Source of the DNA: an uncultured Actinomycetota bacterium
Lineage (GTDB): Bacteria; Actinomycetota; Actinomycetes; Actinomycetales; CAWJMD01
Direction of reading: 5' to 3'
DNA: 64,000 bases
Assembly: GCA_963700925.1 (NCBI GenBank)
Contig: OY969553.1
Coordinates: 1,983,695 to 2,047,694 of the forward strand
Below the pieces are notes generated by a model. That model saw nothing but the letters and a program-made list of their open reading frames with translations, had not been told where the DNA came from and did no database searches. This document shows positions 28,273-38,700 of this stretch, one piece after another (the stretch's first letter is position 1; every line of letters starts with the position of its first letter). The translations under genes were made by a program, and so were the position numbers.

Positions 28273-29430
28273 TCAGCGAAGGTCGCGGAAGAACGTCCTC
28301 ACGTCGTCGGTGAGCAGCTCGGGCTCCTCGAGGGCGGCGAAGTGCCCTCCCCGTTCTTCGACGTCCACCCACCGCGTGACCGCGTTCTCCGTCTCGGCGT
28401 AGCGCCTGACCCCGACGTCGTGGGCGAACATGATCGCGCCCGTGGGCACGCCGGACGTCTCCTTGCCTCCCCATCCCTCGGGCTGCGCGTAGCCGATGTA
28501 GCCAGCCGAGCCGGCAGCACCGGTGAGCCAGTAGAGCATCACGTTGGTGAGCAGTCGATCACGTCCGATCACGTTGTCGGGCAGGGTGTCTTGCGGGTGC
28601 GTCCACTCGCGGAACTTGTCGACGATCCACGCCAGCTGACCGACCGGTGAGTCGACGAGCCCGGCAGCGAGCGTCTGCGGACGGGTGGACTGGATCGCGA
28701 TGTACCCGAACTCGTCCCGCATGAACGCCTCGACCCGCGCCACCCGGTCGCGGTCGAGGTCGGTCAGGCTCGCACGCTCCGCCTCGTCCGGCCCGTGCAC
28801 AGGCATGCCGAGGCTGCCGTTGACGTGCACGCCCACGACCTGCTTCGGCGCGACGCGGCCGACCTCGGGTGACACCTTGGCGCCGACGTCACCGCCCTGC
28901 ACGCCGTAGCGGTCGTACCCGAGCCGACCCATCAGCTCGTGCCACGCGGTCGCGATCCGTGTTGTGTCCCAACCCTTCTCGGTGACCGGGGTGGAGAAGC
29001 CGAACCCCGGGAGGCTGGGGACGACCACGTGGAACGCGTCGGCTGCGTCGCCGCCGTGCGCCTTCGGGTCGGTCAGGGGACCGATCACGTCGAGGAACTC
29101 GACGAACGAGCCGGGCCACCCGTGGGTCAGCACCAGCGGCAGGGCGTCGGGCTCGGGCGAGCGCACGTGCAGGAAGTGGATGGTCTGGCCGTCGATCTCG
29201 GTCACGAACTGGGGGTACTCGTTCAGCGCGGCCTCCTGTGCGCGCCAGTCATAGTCGTTCAGCCAGTAGGCAACGAGCTCGCGCAGGTACGAGACCGGCA
29301 CGCCCGTGTCCCAGTCGTCGCCGGGCAGCGGCGCGGGGAAGCGGGTGCGTCGAAGGCGGTCGGCGAGGTCGTCGAGCTCGGCCTGGGGGATGTCGATGCG
29401 GAAGGGCTGGATGCTCTGCGTTGTCGTCAT
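28273..29430 (-). CDS. Epoxide hydrolase (EHN + alpha/beta hydrolase)
   Basis: [22 protein letters not shown]. Confidence 0.92.
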   Translation of the reverse strand: MTTTQSIQPFRIDIPQAELDDLADRLRRTRFPAPLPGDDWDTGVPVSYLRELVAYWLNDYDWRAQEAALNEYPQFVTEIDGQTIHFLHVRSPEPDALPLVLTHGWPGSFVEFLDVIGPLTDPKAHGGDAADAFHVVVPSLPGFGFSTPVTEKGWDTTRIATAWHELMGRLGYDRYGVQGGDVGAKVSPEVGRVAPKQVVGVHVNGSLGMPVHGPDEAERASLTDLDRDRVARVEAFMRDEFGYIAIQSTRPQTLAAGLVDSPVGQLAWIVDKFREWTHPQDTLPDNVIGRDRLLTNVMLYWLTGAAGSAGYIGYAQPEGWGGKETSGVPTGAIMFAHDVGVRRYAETENAVTRWVDVEERGGHFAALEEPELLTDDVRTFFRDLR

Positions 29431-29448
29431 GTGGCAACCCTTTCATCC

Positions 29449-29473
29449 ATTGCGGACAGGTTCAGTCCTCAAT
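29449..29473. promoter_or_regulatory. Putative WYL-regulator operator
   Basis: ATTGCGGAC-N7-GTCCTCAAT (8/9 dyad) in a 62-bp divergent gap. Confidence 0.55.
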
Positions 29474-29492
29474 CCGTGGCATTGTCGACGGC

Positions 29493-30476
29493 ATGCTGGA
29501 AACGTCCGCCCGACTGCTTCGCCTGTTGTCGATGCTGCAGACGCACCGTGACTGGGCGGGCGCCGAGCTGGCCGAGCGACTGGGCGTGACGCTTCGCACC
29601 GTGCGCCGCGACGTCGAGCGCCTGCGGCTGCTGGGCTACCCGGTCGACGCGCGTCCGGGCGTGAGCGGGGGCTACCGGCTCGCGCCCGGGGCCGTGCTGC
29701 CACCGCTGCTGCTCGACGACGAGGAGGCGGTCGCTGTCGCCGTCGGGCTGCGGAGCGCGACGCTGAGCGGGGTCGCGGGCATCGAGGAGACGGCGGTCCG
29801 AGCGCTGGCGAAGCTCGAGCAGGTCTTGCCCTCGCGCCTGCGGCATCGCGTCGGGACCCTGCAGGCCGCGATCGTGCCGATGGCCGGCAGCGGATCGGTG
29901 ACGGACGTCGACGTGCTGCTGGCCGTCGCCTCAGCCGTGCGCGACCACCAACGGCTGCGCGCCGACTACCGCCGCCACGACGGCACCGACGCCCGCCGAT
30001 TGCTCGAGCCGCACCGCATCGTCCACGCCGGAAGACGTTGGTACCTGGTGGCCTGGGACGTCGACCGAGCCGACTGGCGCACCTTCCGGCTCGACCGGCT
30101 GACGCCCAGGACGCCGACCGGACCGCGATTCACTCCTCGCGAGCCTCCGGACCCCGACGTGGCCGGGTACACCTCCCGAGGCGTCAGCACGGACGCGTAC
30201 CGCTACCGGTGCCGCCTCACCGTGCACGCGCCGGCCGAGCAGGTCGCCGACCGGTTCGGCCCGACCATCGCCGTGGTCACCGCCCTCGACGAGGACCGGT
30301 GCGAGGTGGTCACCGGCTCGGACTCGCTGGACGAGGTGGCCGTGTGGGTGGGCCTGGCCGGCTTCGAACTGACCGTCCACGAGCCCGCCGAGCTGCGCGA
30401 CCACCTCGCCTCTGTCGGCGCGCTGCTCACTCGCGCGTCGGTCCTTACCGGCGAATCGCGGTCAGGGGGGTCCTGA
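29493..30476 (+). CDS. HTH-WYL regulator (YafY-like)
   Basis: ELAERLGVTLRTVRRDVERLR, RRWYLVAWD..DWRTFRLDR. Confidence 0.92.
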   Translation: MLETSARLLRLLSMLQTHRDWAGAELAERLGVTLRTVRRDVERLRLLGYPVDARPGVSGGYRLAPGAVLPPLLLDDEEAVAVAVGLRSATLSGVAGIEETAVRALAKLEQVLPSRLRHRVGTLQAAIVPMAGSGSVTDVDVLLAVASAVRDHQRLRADYRRHDGTDARRLLEPHRIVHAGRRWYLVAWDVDRADWRTFRLDRLTPRTPTGPRFTPREPPDPDVAGYTSRGVSTDAYRYRCRLTVHAPAEQVADRFGPTIAVVTALDEDRCEVVTGSDSLDEVAVWVGLAGFELTVHEPAELRDHLASVGALLTRASVLTGESRSGGS

Positions 30477-30488
30477 CAGACTCCGGGC

Positions 30489-31706
30489 ATGAGCGCTGCT
30501 GGGTCGGACGGGCGGTTCGCGGCGTTGGAGGCGGCCACGACCTGCCTGCCGACGCCGTTCGGGGTAGTCGACCTCGACGCCTTCGACGCCAACGCCCAGG
30601 CACTCGTGCGGCGGGCCGCGGGCAAGCCGATCCGCCTCGCCACGAAGTCGCTGCGCTGCCGCGAGTTGCAGCGCCGAGCGCTTGCCGTAGAAGGGTTCTC
30701 GGGAGTGCTCGCCTTCACCCTCTCCGAGGCTCTGTGGCTGGCGGACGACATCGACGACGTCGTCGTCGGCTATCCGACGGCTGACCAGGCGGCGTTGCAG
30801 CGGCTGGCGGGCGACGAGCGGCTGGCCGCGCGGGTCACCCTGATGGTCGACTGCGTCGAGCACCTCGACCTGATCGCGAAGGTGGCGCGCGACGCCGGCG
30901 CGGCGTCGCCGATCCGGGTATGCCTCGACATCGACGCGTCTCTCGAGATGCTTTCCGGCCGTGTGCATCTCGGTGTGCTGCGCTCCCCCGTCCGTACGCC
31001 TGAACGGGCTGTCGTGCTTGCCAGGGCCGTGGCCGATCGTCCGGAGCTCAGGCTGGTCGGTCTGATGTCGTACGAGGCGCAGATCGCTGGCCTCGGCGAC
31101 GCGGCCCCTGGTTCGGCGGCGCGTCGAATGGGCATCCGGGCCATGCAGCGCAGGTCCGCTAGCGAGCTGGTCGAGCGTCGCGCTGCCGTCGTCGCTGCCG
31201 TGCAGGAGGTCGCGCCCTTGGAGTTCGTGAACGGCGGAGGCACCGGCAGCGTCGAACTGACCTCGAGTGACGGCGCCGTCACCGAGATCGCCGCCGGCTC
31301 AGGGCTTTACGGACCCGTCCTCTTCGACTCGTACCGCGTCTGGTCTCCCCAGCCGGCTGCGTTCTTCGTGCTGGACGTGGTGCGCCGCCCGTCCCCCGAC
31401 GTGGCCACCGTGCTCGGTGGTGGCTGGGTGGCCTCGGGCCCGTCCGGATCCGATCGGCTACCTGCGCCGGTCTGGCCACGCGGACTGCGCACGACGGCGA
31501 CCGAGGGTGCCGGCGAGGTGCAGACCCCGCTGCGCGGTCCGGCCGCACCGGGGCTGCGCGTGGGTGACCGCGTGTGGTTCCGCCACGCCAAGGCCGGAGA
31601 GCTGAGTGAGCGGGTCAACGACCTGCACCTCGTCGGGGGCCCGGGCGACGGCAACCAGGTCACGGTCGCGCCGACCTACCGCGGGGAGGGGCAGGCGTTC
31701 CTCTGA
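30489..31706 (+). CDS. PLP fold-III amino acid deaminase/aldolase (alanine racemase N-domain)
   Basis: IRLATKSLR, LMSYEAQIAG, NGGGTGS, EGAGEVQTP, RHAKAGE. Confidence 0.85.
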   Translation: MSAAGSDGRFAALEAATTCLPTPFGVVDLDAFDANAQALVRRAAGKPIRLATKSLRCRELQRRALAVEGFSGVLAFTLSEALWLADDIDDVVVGYPTADQAALQRLAGDERLAARVTLMVDCVEHLDLIAKVARDAGAASPIRVCLDIDASLEMLSGRVHLGVLRSPVRTPERAVVLARAVADRPELRLVGLMSYEAQIAGLGDAAPGSAARRMGIRAMQRRSASELVERRAAVVAAVQEVAPLEFVNGGGTGSVELTSSDGAVTEIAAGSGLYGPVLFDSYRVWSPQPAAFFVLDVVRRPSPDVATVLGGGWVASGPSGSDRLPAPVWPRGLRTTATEGAGEVQTPLRGPAAPGLRVGDRVWFRHAKAGELSERVNDLHLVGGPGDGNQVTVAPTYRGEGQAFL

Positions 31707-31720
31707 GCCGACGGATCGAG

Positions 31721-31769
31721 TGTTGAGAAGTGGGGCCATGGCGGCAGCGCATGGCCCGGCTTCTCAACA
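31721..31769. terminator. Hairpin between convergent genes
   Basis: TGTTGAGAAG.tg.GGGCCATG ... CATGGCCC.gg.CTTCTCAACA. Confidence 0.6.
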
Positions 31770-31808
31770 TTGGTCCGGACGGAGGCGCCTCCGCGGGTGG
31801 TGCACGCC

Positions 31809-32468
31809 TCAGCCGGTGTCGAGCAGCGCGTGCAGTGACGCGACGCAGCGCGTGACCAGCGCGTCGAGCCCGGGCTCACGACGCGGTGCCGGACGCCCGG
31901 CCCACTCGATCGCCCGGTCCTCGACGTAGGCCCACCAGGCGTGCACGACGTCGCGGGTGACGTCCCTCGGCGCTCCACCGTCCGGCGCCCCACCGTCCGA
32001 CGCCCGACCGTCCGACCAAAGCGCGTCGAGCACCCGCTGCGTCATCACCTCACGGATGCGGTCGTAGACCTCGACGACCTGAACGTGCCCGCCGCCGGCC
32101 CCGCGCACGAACGAGATGTACGACGTGCGACGCCGCTCGATCTGCTCGACGAATCCCCGAACCATCGTGTGCAGCTGCGCGTCTGGGGTCTCGAGCGGGT
32201 CAGGGGCGGTGTTGCGCAGCACCCGCTGCCCGGCCGCCTCCACGACGGCGAGGTAGAACTCGCTCTTCGTGGCGAAGTAGTGGAACAGCAGGCCGCGCGA
32301 GATGCCGGCCTGGGCGGCCACCTCGTCGATGGACAGCTCGTGCAGGGGCTTCTCGGTGAGCCGCGACAGGCCGATGCCGATCAGCTGCCGGCGGCGGTCG
32401 TCCGCGCTGAGGCGGGCACGGGGAGAGCCGGCCGCACGGGGCTCCCGTGGCGTACGCGACACAGACAC
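31809..32468 (-). CDS. TetR/AcrR regulator
   Basis: RLSADDRRRQL, SIDEVA..AGISRGLLFHYF. Confidence 0.9.
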   Translation of the reverse strand: MSVSRTPREPRAAGSPRARLSADDRRRQLIGIGLSRLTEKPLHELSIDEVAAQAGISRGLLFHYFATKSEFYLAVVEAAGQRVLRNTAPDPLETPDAQLHTMVRGFVEQIERRRTSYISFVRGAGGGHVQVVEVYDRIREVMTQRVLDALWSDGRASDGGAPDGGAPRDVTRDVVHAWWAYVEDRAIEWAGRPAPRREPGLDALVTRCVASLHALLDTG

Positions 32469-32507
32469 GCTATTGAGCGTCGCTCAAGAAGGCTCTATGG
32501 TCAAGGC

Positions 32508-33773
32508 ATGGATCTCTCCCCCACTGCCCGCGGCGCCGAGCTCCTGGAGCGCGTCACCGATTTCATGGCGAAGCACGTCGCGCCGGTCGAGGACGACTAC
32601 CACCGCGACATCGCGACGCTCCGCCAGGGCGGCGGTGACCCCTGGCAGGAGCTACCGCTGCTCGGAGAGCTGCGTGCTGCGGCGCGCGAGGAAGGGCTGT
32701 GGAACCTCTTCCTCCCCCGCGAGCACGCGGCCGACTACGCCGAGCGGTTCGGCACCTCCGGCGGCGAGGGGCTCAGCAACCTCGACTACGCGCCGATCGC
32801 CGAGCAGACCGGCCGGTCGTTCCTGGCGCCCTACGTGTTCAACTGCAACGCACCGGACACCGGCAACATGGAGGTGCTGCTCAAGTACGGCAGCGAGGCG
32901 CAGCGCAAGGAGTGGCTGGAGCCCCTGCTCGACGGACGGATCCACAGCGCGTTCTGCATGACGGAGCCGGGGGTCGCCTCGTCCGACGCCACCAACATGG
33001 AGACGACCGCGGTCGTCGAGGGCGACCAGGTGGTCGTCAACGGACGCAAGTGGTGGTCGACCGGCGTGGGGCACCCTGAGTGCAACATCTTGATCGTGAT
33101 GGCCCTGACCGACCCCGAGGCCGACCGTCATGCACGGCACTCGATGGTCCTCGTGCCGCGCGACGCCCCCGGGGTCAAGGTCGAGCGCCTGCTCAGCACG
33201 ATGGGGATGCACGACGAGCCGTTCGGCCACGGCGAGGTGTCGTTCAGCGATGTGCGCGTACCGCTGTCGAACGTCGTCGCCGGCCCGGGGCGCGCGTTCG
33301 AGATCGCCCAGGGCAGGCTCGGGCCCGGTCGAGTCCACCACTGCATGCGGCTCGTCGGCCTGGCCGAGCGCTGCCTCGAGCTAGCCTGCCGGCGAGCGAC
33401 CTCGCGGGTCGCCTTCGGCAAGCCGCTGGCCGACCTCGGCGGCAACCGCGAGCGCATCGCTGACGCCCGCATGGCGATCGAGCAGGCACGGCTGCTCGTG
33501 CTCAAGACGGCATGGCTGCTCGACACCGCAGGCTCGGCGGGTGCCTTGAGCGAGGTCAGCCAGATCAAGGTCGCGGTGCCGATCATGGCGCAGAACGTCG
33601 TCGACATGGCGATCCAGATCCACGGTGGCGGAGGGCTTTCGGACGACTTCCCCCTGGCAATGGCGTGGACGAACGCCCGCGCACTGCGGCTGGCGGACGG
33701 GCCCGACGAGGTTCACCGTGGCGTGATCGCGAAGCTCGAGCTGTCGAAGTACGCGGAGGGCCGACGGGCATGA
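32508..33773 (+). CDS. Acyl-CoA dehydrogenase (ACAD10/11-like)
   Basis: FNCNAPDTGNMEVL, FCMTEP..ASSDATN, AQGRLGPGR.HHCMR, LRLADGPDEVH. Confidence 0.93.
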   Translation: MDLSPTARGAELLERVTDFMAKHVAPVEDDYHRDIATLRQGGGDPWQELPLLGELRAAAREEGLWNLFLPREHAADYAERFGTSGGEGLSNLDYAPIAEQTGRSFLAPYVFNCNAPDTGNMEVLLKYGSEAQRKEWLEPLLDGRIHSAFCMTEPGVASSDATNMETTAVVEGDQVVVNGRKWWSTGVGHPECNILIVMALTDPEADRHARHSMVLVPRDAPGVKVERLLSTMGMHDEPFGHGEVSFSDVRVPLSNVVAGPGRAFEIAQGRLGPGRVHHCMRLVGLAERCLELACRRATSRVAFGKPLADLGGNRERIADARMAIEQARLLVLKTAWLLDTAGSAGALSEVSQIKVAVPIMAQNVVDMAIQIHGGGGLSDDFPLAMAWTNARALRLADGPDEVHRGVIAKLELSKYAEGRRA

Positions 33774-34861
33774 CCCAGGCGGACGGCGTCGCCGTCCGCG
33801 ACGAGGACGCGTTCGACGTCGACGCGGTGTCGCGGTGGCTACGCGAGAACGCCTCGGGTACAGAGGGTCTCGAGGGAACGCCCGAGGTCAGACAGTTCTC
33901 GGGCGGGGCCTCCAACCTGACCTACTTGCTGCGGTACCCGACACGTGACCTGGTCCTGCGCAGGCCACCGACCGGGGCCAAGGCCAAGAGCGCCCACGAC
34001 ATGCGGCGCGAGTTCACGATCCAGTCGCGGCTCGCGCCCGTGTTCGCGTACGTGCCCGACATGGTGGCCTTCTGCGACGACGAGTCGGTGATCGGCTGCG
34101 AGTTCTACGTGATGGAGCGGCTCCAGGGCACGATCCTGCGTAGCAACCTCCCACCGGAACTGGACCTGTCGCCAGACCAGGTGCGGCAGCTGTGCACCAA
34201 CGTCCTCGACGTGTTGGTCGAGCTTCACTCGGTCGACCCCGGCGCGGCCGGGCTGGACGACCTCGGCAAGGGCTCGGGCTACGTGGCTCGGCAGGTCTCC
34301 GGCTGGTCGGACCGCTATCGCAAGGCGCGGACGTGGAACGTCGGCTCGTTCGAGGCCGTGATGCGCTGGTTGGCCGCGAACCAACCCACGGACGTACGAA
34401 CCTGCTTGATCCACAACGACTTCCGGTTCGACAACGTGGTGCTGCGCCAGGACGACCCGCTGCAGGTCAGCGGCGTGCTGGACTGGGAGATGGCGACCCT
34501 GGGCGACCCGCTGATGGACCTGGGTGGCGCACTCGCCTACTGGATCGAGGCCCGCGACGACCGGGTGTTCGCCCGGTTCCGCCGACAGCCGACGCACGCG
34601 CCGGGCATGATGACCCGCGACGAGGTAGTCGACTACTACGCCGCTCGGACCGGCCTGTCGATCAGCCGCGAGCAGTGGACCTTCTACGAGGTGTTCGGCC
34701 TCTTCAGGCTCGCGGTCATCGCCCAGCAGATCTACTACCGGTACTTCCACAAGCAGACGACCAACAAGAGGTACAAGGAGTTCCACTACGTGGTGCTCTA
34801 CCTCGGTTGGCGGTGCCGGCGACTGGTGCGCGCGGCCGAAAGGCGCGACCGAGCGCGCTAG
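33770..34861 (+). CDS. APH-like phosphotransferase (ACAD10/11 N-domain type)
   Basis: QFSGGASNLTY, LIHNDFRFDN, VLDWEMATLGDPL. Confidence 0.92.
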   Translation: MTQADGVAVRDEDAFDVDAVSRWLRENASGTEGLEGTPEVRQFSGGASNLTYLLRYPTRDLVLRRPPTGAKAKSAHDMRREFTIQSRLAPVFAYVPDMVAFCDDESVIGCEFYVMERLQGTILRSNLPPELDLSPDQVRQLCTNVLDVLVELHSVDPGAAGLDDLGKGSGYVARQVSGWSDRYRKARTWNVGSFEAVMRWLAANQPTDVRTCLIHNDFRFDNVVLRQDDPLQVSGVLDWEMATLGDPLMDLGGALAYWIEARDDRVFARFRRQPTHAPGMMTRDEVVDYYAARTGLSISREQWTFYEVFGLFRLAVIAQQIYYRYFHKQTTNKRYKEFHYVVLYLGWRCRRLVRAAERRDRAR

Positions 34862-34917
34862 AGGCGTGGTTCCCTTTCTGCCGGTCGCCATGCTGGAGCC
34901 AACGGTACTTTTGGTTC

Positions 34918-35343
34918 ATGCCAGACGCGGTCCGCTCTTTCGGGGAGGGGCTGAGGAGCGTCCGCGCCGCCAGACGGTTCCTCGAGGAGACGTTGAGGGG
35001 CTGGGCCATCTCTGGCTTCGACTTCGGAGCGACTCTCGTGGTGACGGAGCTGGCCACCAACGCGGTCCTGTTCGCGACTCCACCGTTCTGGGTGCGCGTG
35101 TCCTTCGACTCGAGGGAGCTCAGGGTGGAGGTCCACGACAACAGCGCCCGCCTGCCGCGCCGCCGCGACTACGGCGTCGACGCGACGACGGGTCGCGGCC
35201 TGAACCTCGTGGTCGCGCTGTCCGACGACTGGGGCGTCACCACGAACAACGCGGGCAAGATGGTCTGGGCCACGGTGCGTGCCGATGACGAGTCCGCCCG
35301 GTCCTTCGCCGACAGCGCAGGCGACCGGGGGTGGACGGTGTGA
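34918..35343 (+). CDS. HATPase_c_2 ATP-binding protein (RsbW-like)
   Basis: SVRAARRF, LVVTELATNAV, VEVHD, TTGRGL..V, GKMVW; start uncertain. Confidence 0.82.
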   Translation: MPDAVRSFGEGLRSVRAARRFLEETLRGWAISGFDFGATLVVTELATNAVLFATPPFWVRVSFDSRELRVEVHDNSARLPRRRDYGVDATTGRGLNLVVALSDDWGVTTNNAGKMVWATVRADDESARSFADSAGDRGWTV

Positions 35344-35438
35344 CGGCGGACGACTCAATGCTCACCGTGCACATCATCGGACTCCCTGTGCGCCTCGGAC
35401 GCCCTCCGGTCCGGTGGACCGGCGAGCAGCTCAACTAG
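35340..35438 (+). pseudogene. Possible collapsed remnant of a gene coupled to the HATPase gene
   Basis: GTGA-coupled 32-aa ORF VTADDSMLTVHIIGLPVRL-GRPPVRW. Confidence 0.3.
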
Positions 35439-35992
35439 GCGCCGGCAGCGGAGCCCCTCCGCCGCGCGCGATACGCCGCCACGTTCGCGCGGTTGCCGCA
35501 GCCGGCGTCGCAGTAGCGGCGAGAACGGTTCTTGGACAGGTCGATCACGACATCCGCACAGTCGTCGGCGGCACAGACCCTGAGCCGGTCCGCCTCCCGT
35601 CCGCGGATGACGTCGACGAGCGCCATCGCGGCCTCGACGGCGAGCCTGGTCGCCACCGGAGCATCCGGCGCGGTCGCATGCAGGTGGTAGTCCCAGCCGT
35701 CGTGGCGCACCAGCTGCGGGAGCGCCCCGGCCTCGGCCAGCAGCTCGTTCACTGCCGCGACGGCGTCGTCCTCGTCAGCGGTCCAGATCTGGCGTAGCCG
35801 CAGCCGCAGCGCACGGACAGCCTCGAGCTCGTCGCGCGTGTGGTCACGGCTACCGGTGAACTCGTTCTCGTCCAGCCACGCGTCCAGCTCGTCGACGGTC
35901 TTCATCTCGTCGTTGCCGGTGACCACCGAGAGCGTGTTCACGAGGGCAGCGGCCGACACCAGCGCACACTCGGTGTCATGGGTGAAAAGCAT
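35435..35992 (-). CDS. ABATE/CGNR zinc-finger protein
   Basis: CAADDC...DLSKNRSRRYC..GCGNRANVAAYR. Confidence 0.92.
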   Translation of the reverse strand: MLFTHDTECALVSAAALVNTLSVVTGNDEMKTVDELDAWLDENEFTGSRDHTRDELEAVRALRLRLRQIWTADEDDAVAAVNELLAEAGALPQLVRHDGWDYHLHATAPDAPVATRLAVEAAMALVDVIRGREADRLRVCAADDCADVVIDLSKNRSRRYCDAGCGNRANVAAYRARRRGSAAGA

Positions 35993-36107
35993 CTTGACTC
36001 CTGACACTGATCGACACTAGGGTCATCATCATACCGGATTTTACTCCTTACAGCCCGGTGCCAGCACGGTGCCAGCCATCAACCGACCACGCCGAAGGAG
36101 GCGAACC

Positions 36108-37088
36108 ATGACCGACACCAGCGTCGCACCCCTCGTCACAGTCCCCGCGCGCGTCGGGCGGCTCACGTCCTCGACGACCGGGATCGCGCTGGCGCTCATC
36201 TCGTCCGCGGCCTTCGGCACCTCCGGGGCCGTCGGGCGATCGCTGCTGGACGGCGGATGGACCACGGGAGCCGTTGTCACCCTGCGTATCTCGCTCGCAG
36301 CAGTGATCCTGCTCGTCCCGACCTGGCTGGCACTGCGCGGCCGCTGGGCCGTGCTGCGCAGGCAGTGGGGCGTCGTGCTCGCCTACGGCACCTTCGCCGT
36401 CGCGTTGCCGACGCTTGCCTACTTCAGCGCAATCCAGCACCTGTCGGTCGGTGTCGCGCTGCTCATCGAGTACCTCGCCCCGGTGCTCATCGTCGGTTAC
36501 CTCTGGGCGCGGACCCGCCGTGCACCGGGGTGGCTGACGGCAGCCGGCGTGGTGCTCTCGCTGGTCGGCCTGGCGCTCGTGCTCGACGTCACGGGCGACG
36601 TGCACGTGAGTGCCGTCGGCGTGCTGTGGGCACTGCTGGCCGCCGTCGGCCTCGCGGTGTACTTCCTGCTCGCCGACAGCGGTGCCGGTGACGACGCGCT
36701 GCCACCCCTTGCCCTCGCCGGGGCCGGTCTGGTGGTCGGCGCTGTGGCCCTTGCGGCTGCCGGCCTGACCGGGTTGGTCCCGATGGGCGCCAGCACGGAC
36801 GATGTCCTGCTCGGCGAGTGGACCGTCGCCTGGTGGGTACCGGTACTCGAGCTGGCACTGCTGGCCGCGGCGTTCGGCTACGTGACAGGGATCCTCGCGG
36901 TCAGGCGCCTCGGCTCGACCGTGTCGTCGTTCGTGGCACTGACCGAGGTGCTGTTCGCCGTCCTGTTCGCCTGGTGGCTGCTTGGCGAGCTTCCCGTGCC
37001 CGTGCAGCTGCTCGGCGGTGGGCTGATCGTGTGCGGGGTGGTCGCCGTCCGCCTCGGGGCGACCAAGGAGCATGCCGGGCACGCGTAG
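36108..37088 (+). CDS. EamA/DMT transporter
   Basis: FGTSG, GVALLIEYLAPV, LTEVLFA..LLGE; AAGGAGG RBS. Confidence 0.9.
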   Translation: MTDTSVAPLVTVPARVGRLTSSTTGIALALISSAAFGTSGAVGRSLLDGGWTTGAVVTLRISLAAVILLVPTWLALRGRWAVLRRQWGVVLAYGTFAVALPTLAYFSAIQHLSVGVALLIEYLAPVLIVGYLWARTRRAPGWLTAAGVVLSLVGLALVLDVTGDVHVSAVGVLWALLAAVGLAVYFLLADSGAGDDALPPLALAGAGLVVGAVALAAAGLTGLVPMGASTDDVLLGEWTVAWWVPVLELALLAAAFGYVTGILAVRRLGSTVSSFVALTEVLFAVLFAWWLLGELPVPVQLLGGGLIVCGVVAVRLGATKEHAGHA

Positions 37089-37229
37089 GCGCGAACCAGC
37101 CGCTCACGAGCAGGCCGTGGGCCTCGTGTCGCGACTGTTCCGCACGGATCCCGCACCCGTTCAACTCCTTCGCCTTCTAGCGGATGCGGCTGCAAGATGG
37201 GGCCAAAACGACGCACAGGGGACGGGGAC

Positions 37230-37946
37230 ATGAGTGACATCCAGCGCCAGGTACAGCAGGCGATCGACGGCCTCGTGGCGTCCGGAGCCGGCACGTACTG
37301 TCACACCGCCGGCGTGCCGGCCGTCCCTCTCAGCACGACGGTCGAGGACCTCTGCGACTGGGACACCATGTGCACGGCGATCGCCGACTCCGAGCTGTGG
37401 TGGGAGGGCACCAAGGCCGGCTACCACGCCTACACGTTCGGCTACCTCGTGGGCGAGATCGTCGGCCGCACAACGGGAAAGCCGATCTCACGGGTCCTTC
37501 TCGAGGACGTCAGCGGACCTCTTGGCGGCGCCGAAGCACCTGTTGCCGACCGCCGAGATGGGGAACCCCACCGACGTGCTGAGCGCCGAGATCCCTGCTG
37601 AGGCATGGACTTCTGCCCGCGCGATCGCCCGCATGTACGCCGCGCTGCTCAGCGAGGTCGACGGCGTGCGGCTCGTCAGCGCGGACCGTCTGCGCGAGAT
37701 CACGTCAGTCGCGTTCTCGGGCACGGACGAGGTAGCCGGCAACCCGTCCAGCTGGGGACTCGAGTGCAGCATCTGGGGTCCGGGCAGCTGGGAGGAGCCG
37801 CCTTCGGCATGGCCTGCGCCGGGGGCAGCTGGGCCGGCGCGAACACGGAGTCGGGGGTCGCGGTGGCCATCACCAAGAACCGGCTGACGATCGACGACGA
37901 GGCCATCACGCGTGTCGTCGACATCGTCCACAAGGGCTTGGAGTAG
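37230..37946 (+). pseudogene. Serine hydrolase (EstB-like) remnant spread over three frames
   Basis: HTAG, GYHAYTFGYLVGE, SARAIARMYAAL, FGM..AGGS; SxxK region missing. Confidence 0.8.
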
Positions 37947-37977
37947 ACGAGACTCGCGCTGGGTACACAATCGGGCC

Positions 37978-38637
37978 GTGCCTTCGAACCCAGCCAGCAG
38001 CGCCCCCATGACCGGGCCGCCGTCCCGCCGCACGAAGCCCAGCAAGGGCGACCGCACGTCCCAGGCGATCCTTGACGCTGCGGAGCGACTGCTCTCCGAG
38101 CGGGACCTGAGCGCGATCACGATCGACGACCTCACGTCCGGGGCCGGGATCTCGCGGTCGACCTTCTACTTCCACTTCGACTCGCGCGACGCGGTGCTCC
38201 TCCAGCTGGCCGAGCAGCTCGTGGAGCAGCTGTACGCGTCGGCTGGTGCCTGGATCAGCCGGGACGGCGAACCGCCCGCCACGGCGGTGCACCGCGCTGT
38301 CGAGCAGACCGTCGCCCTATGGCGCAGCCACGGTCCGGTACTGCGCGCGGCCGTGATGGCGCGCGAGACCGACCCCCGGATGCGTGAGTTCTGGGACGGC
38401 GTCGCGCGACGGTTCATCGGCTCCATCGCCGAGCTGATCGAGCGCGAGCGGGCTGCGGGTCTCGCCCTGCCGGGTCCCCCGTCCGCGAGTCGACTTGCCG
38501 CAGTGCTGGTCTCGATGAACGAGGAGGTCTGCTTCCACCAAGCCCGGGCACGCAGGTCGGCGATTGCCGACCGCGAGATCGTCGACGCGCTGACGACGGT
38601 GTGGATGCGGGCGGTGTACGGCACCGCGCAGGAGTAG
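37978..38637 (+). CDS. TetR regulator (EthR-like)
   Basis: KGDRT..ILDAAE, ITIDDL..AGISRSTFYFHF. Confidence 0.88.
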   Translation: MPSNPASSAPMTGPPSRRTKPSKGDRTSQAILDAAERLLSERDLSAITIDDLTSGAGISRSTFYFHFDSRDAVLLQLAEQLVEQLYASAGAWISRDGEPPATAVHRAVEQTVALWRSHGPVLRAAVMARETDPRMREFWDGVARRFIGSIAELIERERAAGLALPGPPSASRLAAVLVSMNEEVCFHQARARRSAIADREIVDALTTVWMRAVYGTAQE

Positions 38638-38656
38638 CGCCGCCCGGCAAGAAACA

Positions 38657-38700
38657 TTGAAACTCGACATCGCGTCGATTATTATCGACAGCATGTCGAT
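38657..38700 (+). promoter_or_regulatory. Leaderless housekeeping-type promoter with twin TCGAC dyad operators
   Basis: TTGAAA(38657)-N17-TATTAT(38680), ATG at 38693; TCGACATCGCGTCGA and ATCGACA-GCA-TGTCGAT. Confidence 0.7.

Noticed and set aside
29493-30476. WYL gene as marker of an anti-phage island
   Set aside because: YafY-type regulator divergent from an enzyme; no defence genes nearby
33770-34861. APH-like gene as aminoglycoside resistance
   Set aside because: Coupled to an ACAD10/11-like dehydrogenase and has that subfamily's motifs; lipid metabolism is more likely
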